Shown: in pieces, positions 1 to 851 of the stretch
Layout of the letters: the number at the start of each line of letters is the position of its first letter
How positions within the stretch are numbered: the stretch's first letter is position 1
Source of the DNA: a phage
Strand: one strand, 5' to 3'
Length of the DNA stretch: 851 bases
Sequence record: AB218928.1
Position numbers and translations under genes: made by a program
The notes under the pieces: model-generated
Told to the model about the DNA's origin: nothing
What the model saw: only the letters and a program-made list of their open reading frames with translations
The model's database searches: none

Positions 1-25
1 TTCGAGCTCGGTACCCGGGCGCGCC
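1..25. other. Cloning-vector polylinker, 5' half: SacI GAGCTC 4-9, KpnI GGTACC 10-15, SmaI CCCGGG 14-19, AscI GGCGCGCC 18-25
   Basis: Overlapping restriction sites read directly in the sequence, in the order of a pUC19-lineage multiple cloning site with an added AscI site. A native genome would not pack these together this way. Confidence 0.9.
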
Positions 26-77
26 GCTTCACTTAGCGAATGCATTAGCCTTAATCAACCAACGCCTGAAAAGGTAA
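26..77 (+). CDS. Putative 3' end of the levivirus maturation (A) protein gene, partial with 5' end cut at the insert boundary; reading frame uncertain
   Basis: In leviviruses the maturation gene lies directly upstream of coat. The frame starting at 27 stays open to a TAA at 75-77, leaving a 16-nt spacer before the coat ATG. The frame starting at 28 stops at TAG 34-36. The frame starting at 26 runs through the coat start. A fragment this short does not let me pick the frame with confidence. Confidence 0.3.
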
Positions 78-81
78 TTAT

Positions 82-85
82 GGAG
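82..85 (+). promoter_or_regulatory. Shine-Dalgarno-like GGAG for the coat gene, 8 nt upstream of the ATG at 94
   Basis: GGAG at 82-85 with the coat ATG at 94-96. Spacing is appropriate for an E. coli ribosome binding site. Confidence 0.6.
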
Positions 86-93
86 TTAGCCAT

Positions 94-486
94 ATGGCAA
101 CTTTACGCAGTTTCGTACTCGTCGATAATGGCGGTACGGGGGATGTTACTGTCGTTCCTGTTAGCAATGCCAACGGCGTCGCTGAGTGGCTTTCTAATAA
201 CTCGCGCAGCCAAGCTTATCGCGTGACTGCCAGTTATCGTGCGTCAGGCGCGGACAAGCGCAAATACACCATCAAACTTGAAGTACCGAAAATCGTTACA
301 CAAGTTGTAAACGGTGTCGAGCTGCCTGTCTCCGCATGGAAGGCTTACGCCTCTATTGACCTGACCATCCCTATCTTTGCCGCAACCGACGATGTGACCG
401 TTATTTCCAAGTCACTTGCCGGCCTGTTCAAAGTTGGGAACCCTATCGCCGATGCTATCTCTTCGCAGAGTGGCTTCTACGCGTAA
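94..486 (+). CDS. cp: ssRNA coliphage coat (capsid) protein, 129 aa after Met removal, GA-like (group II levivirus)
   Basis: Complete 130-codon ORF ending at TAA 484-486. The translation MATLRSFVLVDNGGTGDVTVVPVSNANGVAEW...NPIADAISSQSGFYA matches my recollection of the phage GA coat protein almost residue for residue. It is also clearly homologous to MS2 coat (shared FVLVDNGGTGDVTV, NGVAEW, SRSQAY, RKYTIK-EVPK, GVELP, ELTIPIF/DLTIPIF and GNPI motifs). Confidence 0.95.
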   Translation: MATLRSFVLVDNGGTGDVTVVPVSNANGVAEWLSNNSRSQAYRVTASYRASGADKRKYTIKLEVPKIVTQVVNGVELPVSAWKAYASIDLTIPIFAATDDVTVISKSLAGLFKVGNPIADAISSQSGFYA

Positions 487-677
487 TGGGTCTGAAAGCA
501 AAACATAAGGAAAACCTATGTTCCGATTCACAGAGATCGAAAAGACTCTATGTATGGATCGCACTCGCGATTGTGCTGTCCGATTTCACGTCTATCTTCA
601 GTCATTGGATTTGGGGTCTTCTGATCCTCATTCTCCGGACTTTGATGGACTTGCCTACCTTCGTGATGAATGTCTAA
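486..677 (+). CDS. L: Levivirus lysis protein (L), 63 aa, single transmembrane helix; overlaps the coat stop and the replicase start in the +1 frame
   Basis: ORF from ATG 486-488 to TAA 675-677. The ATG shares its A with the coat stop (TAATG). The product has a basic N-terminal part (KAKHKENLCSDSQRSKR) followed by a hydrophobic stretch (LYVWIALAIVLSDFTSIFSHWIWGLLILIL) containing a Leu-Ser dipeptide (VLSDFTS, compare MS2 L FLSKFTN). Position, length and architecture match the L gene of GA/MS2-type phages. Confidence 0.85.
   Translation: MGLKAKHKENLCSDSQRSKRLYVWIALAIVLSDFTSIFSHWIWGLLILILRTLMDLPTFVMNV
503..521 (+). promoter_or_regulatory. Translational operator hairpin (coat-protein binding site) spanning the replicase start codon
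   Basis: ACATAAGGAAAACCTATGT folds as a 5-bp lower stem (ACAUA/UAUGU), a bulged A, a 2-bp upper stem (GG/CC) and a 4-nt AAAA loop. This is the same geometry as the MS2 operator ACAUGAGGAUUACCCAUGU, with the A-rich loop I recall for GA. The replicase AUG (518-520) and an AGGA Shine-Dalgarno-like element (508-511) lie inside the hairpin. Confidence 0.85.
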
Positions 678-808
678 CTAAACATCCTTCACTTGGGGAC
701 AGTAATTCGGACGCACGCCGTAAGGAATTGGCATATGCCAAACTTATGGATAGTGATCAAAGATGCAAAATCCAAAACAGTAACGGATACGACTACTCTC
801 ATATCGAG
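518..808 (+). CDS. rep: RNA-dependent RNA polymerase (replicase beta subunit), N-terminal 97 codons only; 3' end cut at the insert/polylinker junction
   Basis: ATG 518-520 in the operator hairpin opens a frame that stays open to the end of the window. The translation MFRFTEIEKTLCMDRTRDCAVRFHVYLQSLDLGSSDPHSPDFDGLAYLRDECLTKHPSLGDSNSDARRKELAYAKL... parallels the MS2 replicase N-terminus (DPHSDDF..AYLRDE.LTKHP.LG). Phage-derived sequence ends at about 808, just before the PacI site. The ORF track omits it because there is no in-window stop codon. Confidence 0.9.
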
Positions 809-851
809 TTAATTAAGTCTAGAGTCGACTGTTTAAACCTGCAGGCATGCA
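809..851. other. Cloning-vector polylinker, 3' half: PacI TTAATTAA 809-816, XbaI TCTAGA 818-823, SalI GTCGAC 824-829, PmeI GTTTAAAC 831-838, SbfI/PstI CCTGCAGG 838-845, SphI GCATGC 845-850
   Basis: Contiguous run of restriction sites read directly in the sequence, in pUC19 order (XbaI-SalI-PstI-SphI) with added PacI, PmeI and SbfI sites. This is typical of an expanded pUC-derived MCS. Confidence 0.9.

Noticed and set aside
90-95. CATATG (NdeI) overlapping the coat start codon, as a possible engineered expression-cloning site
   Set aside because: A second CATATG occurs at 732-737 inside the insert, and the fragment is bounded by AscI and PacI instead. The site is therefore probably native phage sequence, though I cannot confirm this without the reference genome.
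212-217. HindIII site AAGCTT inside the coat gene, as a possible vector junction
   Set aside because: It lies mid-codon within a continuous, conserved coat reading frame with levivirus sequence on both sides. A chance 6-bp occurrence.
80-226. Short ORF of about 48 codons starting at ATG 80-82 and overlapping the coat gene in another frame
   Set aside because: It is short, lies entirely within the highly constrained coat coding region, has no recognisable product and corresponds to no known levivirus gene. Most likely a chance open frame, or the read-through continuation of the frame-26 reading.
1-851. Possibility that the window encodes a novel, undescribed biological system
   Set aside because: Every part is explained by known elements: pUC-type polylinker ends and the coat/lysis/operator/replicase-start module of a GA-like levivirus. 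Nothing is left unexplained.
1-851. Minus-strand genes, CRISPR repeats, tRNA/rRNA or mobile-element termini
   Set aside because: The six-frame track shows no minus-strand ORF of meaningful length. I see no direct or inverted repeats beyond the operator hairpin and the palindromic restriction sites, and no tRNA-like or rRNA-like sequence.

Overview
This window is not a native cellular locus. It reads as a recombinant plasmid insert: a cDNA fragment of a group II ssRNA coliphage (GA-like levivirus) sitting between two halves of a pUC-type polylinker that carries extra 8-bp-cutter sites (SacI/KpnI/SmaI/AscI at 1-25; PacI/XbaI/SalI/PmeI/SbfI/SphI at 809-850). The insert (about 26-808) holds the classic levivirus central region: a possible 3' end of the maturation-protein gene, the complete coat protein gene (94-486), the complete 63-aa lysis gene in the +1 frame (486-677), the coat-protein-binding translational operator hairpin (503-521), and the first 97 codons of the replicase gene (518-808), which runs on open into the polylinker. 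No DNA promoter, terminator, CRISPR array, mobile element or RNA gene is visible. I see no evidence of an undescribed biological system; this is a well-studied phage module in a cloning vector. The identification rests on my recall of GA/MS2 protein and operator sequences, with no database search possible here.
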